64,000 nt of DNA from Pseudomonas sp. (GTDB lineage: Bacteria > Pseudomonadota > Gammaproteobacteria > Pseudomonadales > Pseudomonadaceae): contig NZ_JBAQLP010000112.1 in assembly GCF_049301935.1 (NCBI RefSeq), positions 339-64,338 on the forward strand, given 5' to 3'. Shown one piece after another: positions 37,609 to 47,858 of this stretch. The notes beneath the pieces were generated by a model, which saw only the letters and a list, made by a program, of their open reading frames with translations, searched no databases and was not told where the DNA came from. The position numbers were made by a program, and so were the translations under genes. The first letter of the stretch is position 1. Each line of letters opens with the position of its first letter.

Positions 37609-38382
37609 TTAGAAATGGTCCTTCCAGGCGCGTAAAGCGGCGAATACCTGCCCTGGCGAGCGGCTGGCGGGTCCTTCGCGTTCGCTGATGCGGGCGCTGA
37701 CCGACGGTTGTGCGCTGCGCAGAAAAGGATTGGTGGCGCGCTCCAGACCAATCGAGGAGGGCAGGCTGATTTGTCCGGCCTCGCGCCATTGGCTGACCTG
37801 CGCCAGGCGTTGTTGGATTTGCGGATTGTCCGGCTCAACTGCTGCTGCAAAGCGCAGGTTGCTTAGGGTGTATTCATGGGTGCAGAAAACCTGAGTCTGC
37901 TCGGGCAGGGCGGCCAGGCGGCTGAGCGAGTGGTGCATCTGTGCGGGGCTGCCTTCGAACAGGCGGCCACAGCCGCCGGCAAACAGGGTGTCGCCACAGA
38001 ACAGCCAGTGCTGTTCGGGCTGGATATAGGCGATATGCCCGAGGGTGTGACCGGGTACTTCATATATATCGAAACGCAGACCCAGCACGTCGGCCTGGTC
38101 GCCGTCGTGCAGTGCTAGATCACGCCCAGGGATCTTCTCGTTAGCCGGACCCAGCACTCGCGCGCCTGTCATCGCCTTCAGTCGTTCGATACCGCCGACA
38201 TGATCGAAGTGGTGGTGGGTGATCAGCATATCGCTCAACTGCCAGCCGGGATTGGCTGCCAGCCAGGCCTCGACCGGCGCCGCGTCACCGGGGTCGACCA
38301 CTGCGCAGCGACGCTGCTCGGGGTCTTGCAGCAGCCATATATAGTTGTCGGTGAAGGCAGGCAGGGCGTCGATTTTAATCAT
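37609..38382 (-). CDS. gloB: hydroxyacylglutathione hydrolase (glyoxalase II)
   Basis: 257 aa from [18 protein letters not shown]. Metallo-beta-lactamase motif [10 protein letters not shown]. Confidence 0.93.
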   Translation of the reverse strand: MIKIDALPAFTDNYIWLLQDPEQRRCAVVDPGDAAPVEAWLAANPGWQLSDMLITHHHFDHVGGIERLKAMTGARVLGPANEKIPGRDLALHDGDQADVLGLRFDIYEVPGHTLGHIAYIQPEQHWLFCGDTLFAGGCGRLFEGSPAQMHHSLSRLAALPEQTQVFCTHEYTLSNLRFAAAVEPDNPQIQQRLAQVSQWREAGQISLPSSIGLERATNPFLRSAQPSVSARISEREGPASRSPGQVFAALRAWKDHF

Positions 38383-38477
38383 GAGCGGGTCGCTAAGCAG
38401 GGTACAAAGGTGCATCTTAGGTCTCATCGACGGTGCTGACTACTTGGCACCGTGGCCAATGCAACGGGAGCAGCCTT

Positions 38478-39239
38478 ATGTCCGATCATCCGTTTGCCCA
38501 CGCAGACAGTGAATGGCTCGACCTTATTGGCGCGGCGCGCAGCTGGCTGAGTGGCCCGCTCGGCCAACTGCTGCTGGCGCAGGAGCGGCAACTGCTGGAA
38601 GAGGAGCTGGCACGCTTCTTTGGTGGCTATCTGGTGCATTACGGCCCCACAGCCGATACGCTGCCCGATGCTCAGCAGATTCAGCGCAGCGTGCGCCTGG
38701 GGGCGCCGTTCAAAGGGGTGGAGATCGTCTGCGAGGAGCAATCCTGGCCACTGACCGAACACGCCGCCGATGTGGTGGTGGTGCAGCATGGCCTGGATTT
38801 CAGCCTGTCGCCCCATGGCCTGCTGCGTGAGGCGGCGCGCAGTGTGCGCCCGGGTGGTCATCTGCTGATTGTCGGGATCAACCCGATGAGCTGCTGGGGC
38901 ATGCGCCATCTGTTTACCCGCGACGCGCTGCGCCAGGCCCGTTGTATTGCGCCTAATCGGGTCAGTGATTGGTTGCACCTGCTGGGCTTCGCGCTGGAGA
39001 AACGCCGCTTCGGGTGCTATCGTCCGCCGCTTTCTGCGCCGGCCTGGCAGGCGCGGCTGGCTGGGCTGGAGCGTCTGGGTGCGGCCTGGCAGCCACCAGG
39101 GGGCGGTTTTTATCTGCTGGTGGCCCGCAAGCTGGTGGTGGGGCTGCGGCCATTGCGCCAACCCAGCCGGCAACCGCTGGGCAAACTGCTGCCAATGCCC
39201 GTGGCCAAGGTCAGCCGCCGCGAAACGCCACAGAAATAG
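38478..39239 (+). CDS. class I SAM-dependent methyltransferase
   Basis: 253 aa from MSDHPFAH, with a GGGAG SD. It sits between gloB and rnhA, the position I recall from PAO1. Confidence 0.8.
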   Translation: MSDHPFAHADSEWLDLIGAARSWLSGPLGQLLLAQERQLLEEELARFFGGYLVHYGPTADTLPDAQQIQRSVRLGAPFKGVEIVCEEQSWPLTEHAADVVVVQHGLDFSLSPHGLLREAARSVRPGGHLLIVGINPMSCWGMRHLFTRDALRQARCIAPNRVSDWLHLLGFALEKRRFGCYRPPLSAPAWQARLAGLERLGAAWQPPGGGFYLLVARKLVVGLRPLRQPSRQPLGKLLPMPVAKVSRRETPQK

Positions 39240-39276
39240 AACCGGCCAAACTAATTGAGCGAGAGATTGCAGATAC

Positions 39277-39729
39277 ATGAGTGAACAGGTCGAGATCTAC
39301 ACCGACGGCGCCTGCAAGGGCAATCCTGGCGTGGGTGGCTGGGGCGCGTTGATGATTTTCAAGGGTGTGGAAAAAGAGTTGTGGGGCGGCGAGGCCGAGA
39401 CCACCAACAACCGTATGGAAATGACCGCCGCGATTCGCGCCCTGGCCGAGTTGAAGCGTTCCTGCGATGTGCGCCTGGTTACCGACTCGCAGTATGTGAT
39501 GCAGGGCATTCAGGACTGGATGCCCAACTGGAAGAAACGCGGCTGGAAAACCGCCGCCAAACAGCCGGTGAAAAATGCCGACCTGTGGCAGCAGTTGGAT
39601 GAGCAGGTAAACCGACATAACGTCACCTGGCAGTGGGTGCGTGGCCATACCGGCCATCCGGGTAACGAACGGGCGGACCAGTTGGCCAATCGTGGTGTGG
39701 ATGAAGTAAGAGGGTTGAAGCATGCGTAG
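39277..39729 (+). CDS. rnhA: ribonuclease HI
   Basis: 150 aa, [19 protein letters not shown]. Confidence 0.96.
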   Translation: MSEQVEIYTDGACKGNPGVGGWGALMIFKGVEKELWGGEAETTNNRMEMTAAIRALAELKRSCDVRLVTDSQYVMQGIQDWMPNWKKRGWKTAAKQPVKNADLWQQLDEQVNRHNVTWQWVRGHTGHPGNERADQLANRGVDEVRGLKHA

Positions 39730-40459
39730 TGTGGTGCTCGATACGGAGACGACCGGTATGCCGGTGGCCGACGGCCATCGGATCATTGAAATCGGCTGCG
39801 TCGAACTGATCGGCCGGCGCCTGACCGGGCGGCATTTCCATGTGTACCTGCAGCCTGATCGCGAGATCGACGAAGGCGCAATCGCGGTGCACGGCATCAC
39901 CAATGAGGCGCTCAAGGACAAACCGCGCTTCAAGGAAATCGCCGACGAGTTCTTCGAATTTATCAAGGGCGCGCAGCTGATCATCCACAACGCGGCGTTC
40001 GACCTTGGCTTTATCAACAACGAATTCGCCCTGATCAAGCAGGACGAGCGCGCCGACATCAGCGAGCACTGCTCGATCCTCGACACCCTGATGATGGCCC
40101 GCGAGCGCCATCCGGGGCAGCGCAACAACCTCGACGCGCTGTGCAAACGCTACGGCGTCGACAACTCCGGGCGTGACCTGCACGGCGCCTTGCTCGACGC
40201 CGAGATTCTCGCCGACGTCTACCTGACCATGACCGGCGGGCAGACCAATCTATCCCTGGCCGGCGATGGTTCGGAAGGCGACAGCAATGGCCGTCAACAG
40301 CCCAGTGCGATTCGTCGCCTGCCAGCCGAGCGCGCGCGTACGCGGGTGATCCAGGCCAGCGCTGCCGAGCTGGCTGAGCATGCCGCGCGTCTGGCGATTA
40401 TCGAAAAGTCCGCTGGCGCGCCGCCGCTTTGGGTGCAGATGGAGCAGCAAGAAGGCTGA
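39722..40459 (+). CDS. dnaQ: DNA polymerase III subunit epsilon
   Basis: 245 aa. ExoI motif VVLDTETTG and ExoIII motif [14 protein letters not shown]. 8-nt overlap with rnhA. Confidence 0.95.
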   Translation: MRSVVLDTETTGMPVADGHRIIEIGCVELIGRRLTGRHFHVYLQPDREIDEGAIAVHGITNEALKDKPRFKEIADEFFEFIKGAQLIIHNAAFDLGFINNEFALIKQDERADISEHCSILDTLMMARERHPGQRNNLDALCKRYGVDNSGRDLHGALLDAEILADVYLTMTGGQTNLSLAGDGSEGDSNGRQQPSAIRRLPAERARTRVIQASAAELAEHAARLAIIEKSAGAPPLWVQMEQQEG

Positions 40460-40526
40460 CCCTGTCGTGTGAACAGGGTGAAGCCTTGTCTCTCTTGTCG
40501 ATCCAGGTGGCGCATTTATCCTGCTC

Positions 40527-40561
40527 ATAAAAAAGCCACCCCAGCGAGTATCTGGGGTGGC
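40527..40561 (-). terminator. rho-independent terminator of amaB
   Basis: GCCACCCCA-N9-TGGGGTGGC stem, followed on the minus strand by TTTTTTAT. Confidence 0.75.
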
Positions 40562-40581
40562 TGAGTGACTCGCGTTGCTTA

Positions 40582-42072
40582 TCAGTCGAAAACGATGCCC
40601 TGGGCCAGCGGCAGCTCGCGGGAGTAGTTGACGGTGTTGGTCTGCCGACGCATGTAAGCCTTCCAGGAATCGGAGCCGGACTCGCGACCACCGCCGGTTT
40701 CTTTCTCGCCGCCAAAGGCGCCGCCGATTTCCGCACCGCTCGGGCCGATATTCACGTTGGCGATACCGCAGTCGCTGCCGGCCGCGCTCTGAAAGGCTTC
40801 CGCCTCGCGCACATCGAGGGTGAAGATGCACGATGACAGGCCCTGCGGCACTTCGTTGTTCAGGCGCAGCGCTTCGTCGAACTCGCGGTAGCTCAGCACA
40901 TACAGGATCGGTGCGAAGGTCTCGTGGCGCACCACCGCGCTCTGCGCCGGCATCTCCACCAGGGCCGGGGCGACGTAGTAGGCGTTCGGGTATTGATCGC
41001 TCAGTTGGCGCTCGCCACCAAACACCACACCGCCTTCCTCGCGGGCTTGGCCCAGGGCGTCCTGCATGACCTGATAGGCCTGCTTATCGATCAGCGGGCC
41101 GACCAGATTGCCTTCGAGCGGGTTACCGACGCGGATCTTCGCGTAGGCGACTTTCAGGCGGCTGACGATCTCGTCCTTGACCGATTCGTGGGCGATCAGC
41201 CGGCGCAGGCTGGTGCAGCGTTGCCCGGCGGTACCGACGGCGCTGAACAAAATGGCGCGCACGGCCATGTCCAGATCGGCGCTGGGCGCCAGGATCATCG
41301 CATTGTTGCCGCCCAGTTCGAGGATGCAACGGCCGAAGCGCGCCGCCACCTGCGGTGCCACTTCGCGGCCCATGCGGGTGCTGCCGGTGGCGCTGACCAG
41401 CACCACACGCGGATCGGCGACCAGGGCTTCGCCGGCGTCGCGGTCGCCGACTATCAGTTGGCTGAGGCCTGCAGGTGCATCGCCGAAGGCCTGCAGGGCC
41501 TTGTCGAACAGCGCCTGGCAGGCGAGGGCGGTGAGCGGGGTTTTCTCCGACGGTTTCCAGATCACCGCGTTGCCGCAGACCAGGGCCAGGGTGGCGTTCC
41601 AGGCCCAGACCGCCACCGGGAAGTTGAAGGCGCTGATCACCCCGACCACGCCGAGCGGGTGCCAGGACTCACGCATATGGTGGCCGGGACGCTCGGAGGC
41701 GATGGTCAGGCCGTACAGCTGACGCGACAGGCCGACCGCGAAATCGCAGATATCGATCATTTCCTGCACTTCACCCAGGCCTTCCTGGGTGATCTTGCCG
41801 GCTTCCCAGGACACCAGCTCGGCCAGATCGGCCTTGTGTGCGCGCAATACGTCGCCGAACAGACGCACCAGTTCGCCACGCCGCGGTGCCGGCACGCTGC
41901 GCCAGCTTTCAAAGGCCTGCTGCGCGGCAGCAACCTTGGCCGCTACTGCGCCGGCGGGTTCCAGGGTCACGGCGCCGATGCGGCTGCCGTCGATCGGACT
42001 GTTGATCACGTGATTGCCAGTGGTGGCGGTCTGGGCGTTGACGCCCAAACGGCTGAGCAGGTTGTCGACCAT
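40582..42072 (-). CDS. amaB: ALDH7-type L-piperidine-6-carboxylate / 2-aminoadipate-semialdehyde dehydrogenase
   Basis: 496 aa from MVDNLLSRLGV, with an AGGAG SD. Diagnostic region KITQEGLGEVQEMIDICDFAVGLSRQLYG and catalytic Cys in GTAGQRCTSLRR. Confidence 0.82.
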   Translation of the reverse strand: MVDNLLSRLGVNAQTATTGNHVINSPIDGSRIGAVTLEPAGAVAAKVAAAQQAFESWRSVPAPRRGELVRLFGDVLRAHKADLAELVSWEAGKITQEGLGEVQEMIDICDFAVGLSRQLYGLTIASERPGHHMRESWHPLGVVGVISAFNFPVAVWAWNATLALVCGNAVIWKPSEKTPLTALACQALFDKALQAFGDAPAGLSQLIVGDRDAGEALVADPRVVLVSATGSTRMGREVAPQVAARFGRCILELGGNNAMILAPSADLDMAVRAILFSAVGTAGQRCTSLRRLIAHESVKDEIVSRLKVAYAKIRVGNPLEGNLVGPLIDKQAYQVMQDALGQAREEGGVVFGGERQLSDQYPNAYYVAPALVEMPAQSAVVRHETFAPILYVLSYREFDEALRLNNEVPQGLSSCIFTLDVREAEAFQSAAGSDCGIANVNIGPSGAEIGGAFGGEKETGGGRESGSDSWKAYMRRQTNTVNYSRELPLAQGIVFD

Positions 42073-42118
42073 TAGTGTCTCCTGTCGCAAGCTTGATTGA
42101 ATTTATGCGTGGCACTCA

Positions 42119-42147
42119 GTATTAATCTGCATGTTGCAAGCTCACAA
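42119..42147 (-). promoter_or_regulatory. candidate sigma70 promoter of amaB (-35 TTGTGA, 17 nt, -10 TAATAC)
   Basis: Read on the minus strand. The -35 lies inside the dyad AAGCTCAC-AA-GTGAGCTT (42138-42155), a plausible LysR operator. Confidence 0.35.
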
Positions 42148-42203
42148 GTGAGCTTTTTTTGATATGTCATTCCCTCAATTCATGCTGAAGCCGCGAGTTC
42201 GCC

Positions 42204-43091
42204 ATGTCCAAACGCCTGATGCCTTCCATGACCGCGCTGCAGTGCTTCGAGGCCGTGGCGCGCCATTTAAGTTTTACCCGCGCCGCCGAAGAGTTGTTCC
42301 TAACCCAGAGCGCGGTCAGTAAGCAGGTGGCGCAACTCGAGGACATGCTCCAGCACCTGCTGTTTCGCCGCGTTCGCCGGCGCCTGCAACTGACCCCGGC
42401 CGGCTCGCTGTACCTGGCCGAGGTGAACAAGATTCTCAACCAGGTGGAGATGTCGACCCATTACATCCTCTCCTACGGCGGTAATACCGAGGTACTCAAG
42501 GTGGCCACTCAGCCGACCTTCGGCGCCCGCTGGCTAATTCCGCATCTAAAGGGCTTCGGTGTGGCCCACCCGCATATCCACCTGGATTTGCACAACGTGC
42601 TGGAGCCCTTCGACCTGCTGCAGGGTAAGGCCGATGTGGTGTTTTTCTTCGGCCAGGGCACCTGGCCAGGGGCCGAATGCATCGAGTTGTTCGGCGAGGA
42701 GATGGTGCCGGTGTGTGCACCGGATATGTTTGCCAGGGGCATTGCCAGCGCCGAACAGTTGGGTGAACAGGTACTGCTGCAATGCGCCTCGCGCCCGGAA
42801 GCCTGGCACGACTGGTTCGACAGCCTGGGGCTGCAGAGCAACCACAGCTACCACGGGCCGCGCTTCGAGACCTTCCATATGTGTATCCGGGCCGCCCAAT
42901 GCGGCTGCGGTGTGGCTTTGGTGCCGCGCTTTCTGGTCGAAGAGGAACTGCAGGAGGGCAAGCTGCTGATCGCTTGGGAACATGCGCTGCGCAGCGGCGG
43001 CAAGCATTTTATGGCCTATGCCGAGCATGCCGCCGACGTGCCGAAGATTCGCAGTTTCGTTGCCTGGATTAAGGGGCAGATTGAGGGGTAA
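42204..43091 (+). CDS. LysR family transcriptional regulator
   Basis: 295 aa. HTH LSFTRAAEELFLTQSAVSKQVAQLE. Divergent from amaB. Confidence 0.9.
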   Translation: MSKRLMPSMTALQCFEAVARHLSFTRAAEELFLTQSAVSKQVAQLEDMLQHLLFRRVRRRLQLTPAGSLYLAEVNKILNQVEMSTHYILSYGGNTEVLKVATQPTFGARWLIPHLKGFGVAHPHIHLDLHNVLEPFDLLQGKADVVFFFGQGTWPGAECIELFGEEMVPVCAPDMFARGIASAEQLGEQVLLQCASRPEAWHDWFDSLGLQSNHSYHGPRFETFHMCIRAAQCGCGVALVPRFLVEEELQEGKLLIAWEHALRSGGKHFMAYAEHAADVPKIRSFVAWIKGQIEG

Positions 43092-43211
43092 AGCCGTTTG
43101 TGAGCCGGGACGGTCGAGAAAAAAAGGAATAGGTGGACGATTTTTTTTCGTTTGTCGGTGAGGCCTGGTTGGCGATCTGATGGCGCGCATCCATTCCCCA
43201 AGGAGCCGCCC

Positions 43212-44468
43212 ATGCATGCCGAGCACGCCCATATCAGCCAATCCCTGGCCATCGTCCACCCGCTGATGCTCAGCCACGGCCGCAATGCCGAGGTCTGGGA
43301 CGCTTCGGGCAAGCGCTATATCGACTTCGTCGGCGGCATCGGTGTGCTCAACCTCGGCCATTGCCATCCGCAGATCGTCGAGGCGGTCCGCGAGCAGGCC
43401 GGGCGCCTCACCCATTCGGCGTTCAACGCGCTGCCCCACCAGGGTTACGGCCAGTTCATGCAGGCCCTGGCGCGCTTCGTGCCAGTGTCCTATCCGCTGT
43501 GTGGCATGCTCACCAACAGCGGCGCCGAGGCCACCGAAAATGCCCTGAAGATTGTCCGCGCCGCCACCGGCCGCGCCGCCGTGGTGGCCTTCGATGGCGG
43601 CTTCCATGGGCGCACCCTGGCTGCGCTCAATCTCAACGGCAAGGTCGCGCCCTATAAACAGAAACTCGGCAGCCTGCCGGGGCCGGTCTACCACCTGCCA
43701 TACCCCAGCGTGGACAATGAGGTCAGCGTCGAGCAGGCGATGGTGGCCATGCAGCGCCTGTTCAGCGTCGAGATCGATGCGGCCGACGTTGCCTGCATCG
43801 TGGTCGAAGCGGTGCAGGGCGAGGCAGGTTTTCAGGCGCTGAATGCCGATTTTGCCCAGCACTTGCGGCGCTTCTGCGATGCCAATGGCATCGTGCTGAT
43901 TATTGATGAAATCCAATCCGGCTTCGGCCGCACCGGCCAGCGCTTCGCCTTCACCCGGCTGGGCATAGAGCCGGACTTGTTGCTGTTGGGCAAGAGCATC
44001 GCCGGCGGCTTGCCGCTGGGCGCAGTGGTTGGGCGTAAAGCACTGCTCGATGCGCTGCCCAAGGGCGGTCTGGGCGGCACCTATTCGGGCAATCCGCTGG
44101 CCTGCGCCGCTGCCTTGGCGACCCTGGAGTTGATGAGCGATATCAACCTGGCCACCTGGGGTGAACGTCAGGAACAGTGCGTGCTCAAGCATTACCAGCG
44201 CTGGCAGGACAGCGAACTGGCTCCGGCCCTGGCGCGCCTGACCGGCGTCGGCGCCATGCGCGGCATCGAACTGCGCAGTGCCGACGGCGGTCCTGGCAGC
44301 GAGCGCCTGAATCGGCTGCTAAGCGCCGCGCGTGAGGCCGGGTTGCTGCTGATGCCCAGCGGTAAATACCGCCACATCATCCGCTTGCTGGCGCCGCTTA
44401 CTGCCGAAGCCGAGCTGCTCGACGAAGGCTTTGAGATATTCCGGCGTTGTTTGCAGGCAAGTCTTTGA
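43212..44468 (+). CDS. class III (GabT-like) PLP aminotransferase, candidate 2-aminoadipate aminotransferase
   Basis: 418 aa from MHAEHAHISQ, with an AAGGAG SD. Motifs include DEIQSGFGRTG and the PLP lysine in LLLLGKSIAGG. Confidence 0.87.
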   Translation: MHAEHAHISQSLAIVHPLMLSHGRNAEVWDASGKRYIDFVGGIGVLNLGHCHPQIVEAVREQAGRLTHSAFNALPHQGYGQFMQALARFVPVSYPLCGMLTNSGAEATENALKIVRAATGRAAVVAFDGGFHGRTLAALNLNGKVAPYKQKLGSLPGPVYHLPYPSVDNEVSVEQAMVAMQRLFSVEIDAADVACIVVEAVQGEAGFQALNADFAQHLRRFCDANGIVLIIDEIQSGFGRTGQRFAFTRLGIEPDLLLLGKSIAGGLPLGAVVGRKALLDALPKGGLGGTYSGNPLACAAALATLELMSDINLATWGERQEQCVLKHYQRWQDSELAPALARLTGVGAMRGIELRSADGGPGSERLNRLLSAAREAGLLLMPSGKYRHIIRLLAPLTAEAELLDEGFEIFRRCLQASL

Positions 44469-44613
44469 GTTGAAGAATTCCAGCTAGGAATGATCTCTGG
44501 AAAATTAATCGTTTGAGCCGTCTGGCAGTCCTGCACAGAATGCTGCGAACAGAATCGAGCAAATCGCCTGTCGATGTTTCGATCAATACGGGCGCTGCCA
44601 GGAGTGGAGTTGT

Positions 44614-46017
44614 ATGCAGAACGATGCCTTTGTCAGTCCGGAGCAGATCCGCGCGCGCTTCTCCCAGGCGCTGTCGGCCATGTATCAGGCCGAGGTGCCG
44701 CTGTACGGCGAGTTGTTGGCGCTGGTCGCCACGCTCAATCGACAGACCCTCGCCGCCAACCCGCAGCTTGCCGAGCAGCTGCGCCAGGCCGGCGAGCTGG
44801 ACAGGCTGAACGAGGAGCGCCATGGCGCCATCCGCCTGGGTAGCGCTGCCGAACTGGCGACCATGGCGCGGCTGTTCGCGGTGCTGGGTATGCAGCCAGT
44901 GGGCTATTACGACCTGGCCGATGCTGGCGTGCCCGTGCATGCCACGGCATTTCGTCCGCTGAACGAGGATGCGCTACGGCTTAGCCCGTTTCGCGTCTTC
45001 ACCTCGCTACTGCGCCTGGAGTTGATCGGCGATCCGGCGCTGCGTCAGCAGGCCGAGCAGATTCTTGCCGGCCGGCAGATTTTCACCCCTGGCGCGTTGG
45101 CCCTGATCGAGCGCTTCGAGCGACAAGGCGGGCTCACCGAGCAAGAGGCCCAGGCCTTTATCGAGCAAGCCCTGGAAACCTTCCGCTGGCACAGCCAGGC
45201 CGGAGTGAGTGCCGCGGTCTATCAGCAATTGCAGGGGCAGCACCGGCTGATCGCCGATGTGGTGGCATTCAAAGGCCCGCATATCAATCACCTGACGCCG
45301 CGCATCCTCGATATCGATGCGGCCCAGGCCGCGATGCCGCGCCATGGCATGGCCGCCAAGGAATGGGTGGAGGGCCCACCACCTCGGCGCCATCCGATCC
45401 TGCTGCGTCAGACCAGCTTCAAGGCCCTCGACGAGGCGGTGCAGTTCAGTTGCGCCAGCCCAGGGCAGCACAGCGCGCGCTTCGGCGAGATCGAGCAACG
45501 CGGCGCGGCGCTTACCGCCAAGGGCCGCGCGCTCTACGACCAATTGCTGCAAGCCACCCGCGAGCGCTGCACAGGCGTCGCCAAGCACGACTACGCGCAG
45601 TGCTATGCCGAAACGTTGGCGCAGTGCTTCGCCGACTTTCCCGATGACCTTGAAATGCTGCGCCGTCAGGGCCTGGCGTTTTTCCGCTACCGGGTCACCG
45701 AGGCGGGGCGGGCGGCGCAGGCGGCGGGCAGCCTGGCCGGCGACCTGGAGGCTTTGCTCAAGACCGGACAACTGGCCTGCGAACCGCTGGTTTACGAGGA
45801 CTTCCTGCCAGTCAGTGCCGCAGGCATCTTCCAATCCAATCTGGGCGACGCCAACCGCGAACGCTATCGCCAAGACGCCAACCGCACCGAATTCGAGCAG
45901 GCCCTGGGCCGGCCGGTGCAGGATGAATTGGCGCTCTACGCCGATTACCAAAGCCGTTCGCTGCAGGCCTGCGCAAGAGAGCTGGGGATGGATTTTGCCG
46001 AGGCCGGTTTGGCCTGA
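44614..46017 (+). CDS. hglS: DUF1338 / YdcJ-family 2-oxoadipate dioxygenase-decarboxylase (HglS-like)
   Basis: 467 aa. The N-terminus FVSPEQIRARFSQALSAMYQAEVPLYGELL and the length are typical of the YdcJ/HglS family. Confidence 0.75.
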   Translation: MQNDAFVSPEQIRARFSQALSAMYQAEVPLYGELLALVATLNRQTLAANPQLAEQLRQAGELDRLNEERHGAIRLGSAAELATMARLFAVLGMQPVGYYDLADAGVPVHATAFRPLNEDALRLSPFRVFTSLLRLELIGDPALRQQAEQILAGRQIFTPGALALIERFERQGGLTEQEAQAFIEQALETFRWHSQAGVSAAVYQQLQGQHRLIADVVAFKGPHINHLTPRILDIDAAQAAMPRHGMAAKEWVEGPPPRRHPILLRQTSFKALDEAVQFSCASPGQHSARFGEIEQRGAALTAKGRALYDQLLQATRERCTGVAKHDYAQCYAETLAQCFADFPDDLEMLRRQGLAFFRYRVTEAGRAAQAAGSLAGDLEALLKTGQLACEPLVYEDFLPVSAAGIFQSNLGDANRERYRQDANRTEFEQALGRPVQDELALYADYQSRSLQACARELGMDFAEAGLA

Positions 46018-46059
46018 ATAGAAGTGCATTTACGCCCTATTGCGGATATTGCTTGAGCT

Positions 46060-46090
46060 AAATCCCCGGCAGTTTTTGTCGGGGATTTTT
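46060..46090 (+). terminator. rho-independent terminator of hglS
   Basis: AAATCCCCG-N11-CGGGGATTTTT. Confidence 0.75.
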
Positions 46091-46252
46091 AGTTTCTGTA
46101 GCCATTGGGTGTTGCGCGGCGAGCGGTGATTTCCCGTTTGCTATCGAGTCATTTTTGGAATGAAGCGAGTCCTTATTTTCGTTTGAGCGTGGCCGGCTTA
46201 GTTGTTTAGATCGGCTGGTGTCATTACGTACAAGAATAAAAAGGTAACCCCT

Positions 46253-47026
46253 ATGCAAGCGTGCGTTCCTGCGTTGGAAATCCGTGATTTGCACAAGAAC
46301 TATGGCGATCTGCAGGTGCTCAAGGGCGTTTCACTGACCGCCCGCGACGGCGACGTGATCTCGATCCTCGGTTCCTCCGGCTCCGGCAAGTCGACCTTCC
46401 TGCGCTGCATCAACCTGCTGGAAAACCCCAGCAAGGGCGAGATTCATGTCGCCGGCGAGCGGCTCAAGCTCAGGCCCAGCCGCCACGGCGAGTTGGTCGC
46501 CGCCGATAACCGGCAGATCAACCGGCTGCGCAGTGAGCTGGGCTTTGTGTTCCAGAACTTCAACCTGTGGCCGCATATGAGCGTGCTCGACAACATCATC
46601 GAGGCACCGCGCCGGGTGCTCGGCCTGAGCAAGGCCGAGGCCATCGAACGCGCCGAGGCGCTGCTGGCCAAGGTCGGTATCGGCGACAAGCGCCACGTCT
46701 ATCCCAACCAGTTGTCCGGCGGCCAGCAACAGCGTGCGGCCATCGCCCGCACGCTGTGTATGGAACCCAAGGTGATCCTGTTCGACGAGCCGACCTCGGC
46801 CCTGGACCCGGAAATGGTCCAGGAGGTGCTGGGCGTGATCCGCGCCTTGGCCGAGGAGGGCCGCACCATGCTGCTGGTCACCCACGAGATGAGTTTCGCC
46901 CGCCAGGTGTCCAGTGAGGTGGTGTTCCTGCACCAGGGCCGCGTCGAGGAGCAGGGCAGCCCCGCGCAAGTGTTCGACCAGCCGCAGTCGCCGCGCTGCC
47001 AACAATTTATGTCCAGCAACCACTAA
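46253..47026 (+). CDS. polar/basic amino-acid ABC transporter ATP-binding protein (HisP-like)
   Basis: 257 aa. Walker A GSSGSGKST, signature LSGGQQQR. Confidence 0.92.
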   Translation: MQACVPALEIRDLHKNYGDLQVLKGVSLTARDGDVISILGSSGSGKSTFLRCINLLENPSKGEIHVAGERLKLRPSRHGELVAADNRQINRLRSELGFVFQNFNLWPHMSVLDNIIEAPRRVLGLSKAEAIERAEALLAKVGIGDKRHVYPNQLSGGQQQRAAIARTLCMEPKVILFDEPTSALDPEMVQEVLGVIRALAEEGRTMLLVTHEMSFARQVSSEVVFLHQGRVEEQGSPAQVFDQPQSPRCQQFMSSNH

Positions 47027-47039
47027 CGGAGCACCACGC

Positions 47040-47792
47040 ATGCATAACTACAAGAACATCCTGCTCGCTGCCGCCACCACTCTGCTCTTCAGCGGCCAGG
47101 CGCTTGCCGCCGACACGCTGAAGATCGGCACCGAAGGCGCTTACCCGCCGTTCAATCTGATCGACGCCAATGGCCAGGTTGGCGGTTTCGATGTGGAAAT
47201 CGCCCAGGCCCTGTGCGCCAAGATGCAGGCCGAGTGCGAAGTGGTCACTTCTGATTGGGACGGCATCATCCCGGCGTTGAACGCGCGCAAGTTCGATTTC
47301 CTCGCCGCCTCCATGTCGATCACCGACGAACGCAAGCAGGCGGTGGATTTCACCGAGGCCTACTACACCAACAAGCTGCAGTTTATTGCGCCGAAAAGCG
47401 CGGGCTTCAACACCGACAAGGCCAGCCTCCAGGGCAAGGTTATCGGTGCCCAGCGCGCCACCATCGCCGGCACCTGGCTGGAAGACAACCTCGACGGCGT
47501 GGTCGAGATCAAACTCTATGACACCCAGGAAAACGCCTATCTCGACCTGACCTCGGGCCGTCTCGACGGCGTGCTGGCGGACAAGTTCGTCAACTGGCAA
47601 TGGCTCAAGAGCGCAGCCGGACAAGGCTTCGAATTCAAGGGTGAGCCGGTATTCGACAACGACCGGATCGGCATCGCCGTGCGCAAGAATGACCCGCTGC
47701 GCGACAGGCTCAACCTGGCGCTCGCCGCGATCATCGCCGATGGCACCTATGCGCGGATCAATCAGAAGTATTTCCCGTTCAGTATCTACTGA
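47040..47792 (+). CDS. lysine/arginine/ornithine-type periplasmic binding protein
   Basis: 250 aa from MHNYKNILLAAATTLLFSGQALA, with LKIGTEGAYPPFN. SD ACGGAG. Confidence 0.92.
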   Translation: MHNYKNILLAAATTLLFSGQALAADTLKIGTEGAYPPFNLIDANGQVGGFDVEIAQALCAKMQAECEVVTSDWDGIIPALNARKFDFLAASMSITDERKQAVDFTEAYYTNKLQFIAPKSAGFNTDKASLQGKVIGAQRATIAGTWLEDNLDGVVEIKLYDTQENAYLDLTSGRLDGVLADKFVNWQWLKSAAGQGFEFKGEPVFDNDRIGIAVRKNDPLRDRLNLALAAIIADGTYARINQKYFPFSIY

Positions 47793-47858
47793 CCGCTCTT
47801 CTACCGAGAGTTCTTGCCCGGTTATGGCCGGGCAGCAACGCTGACTAAGGTAATCCCT

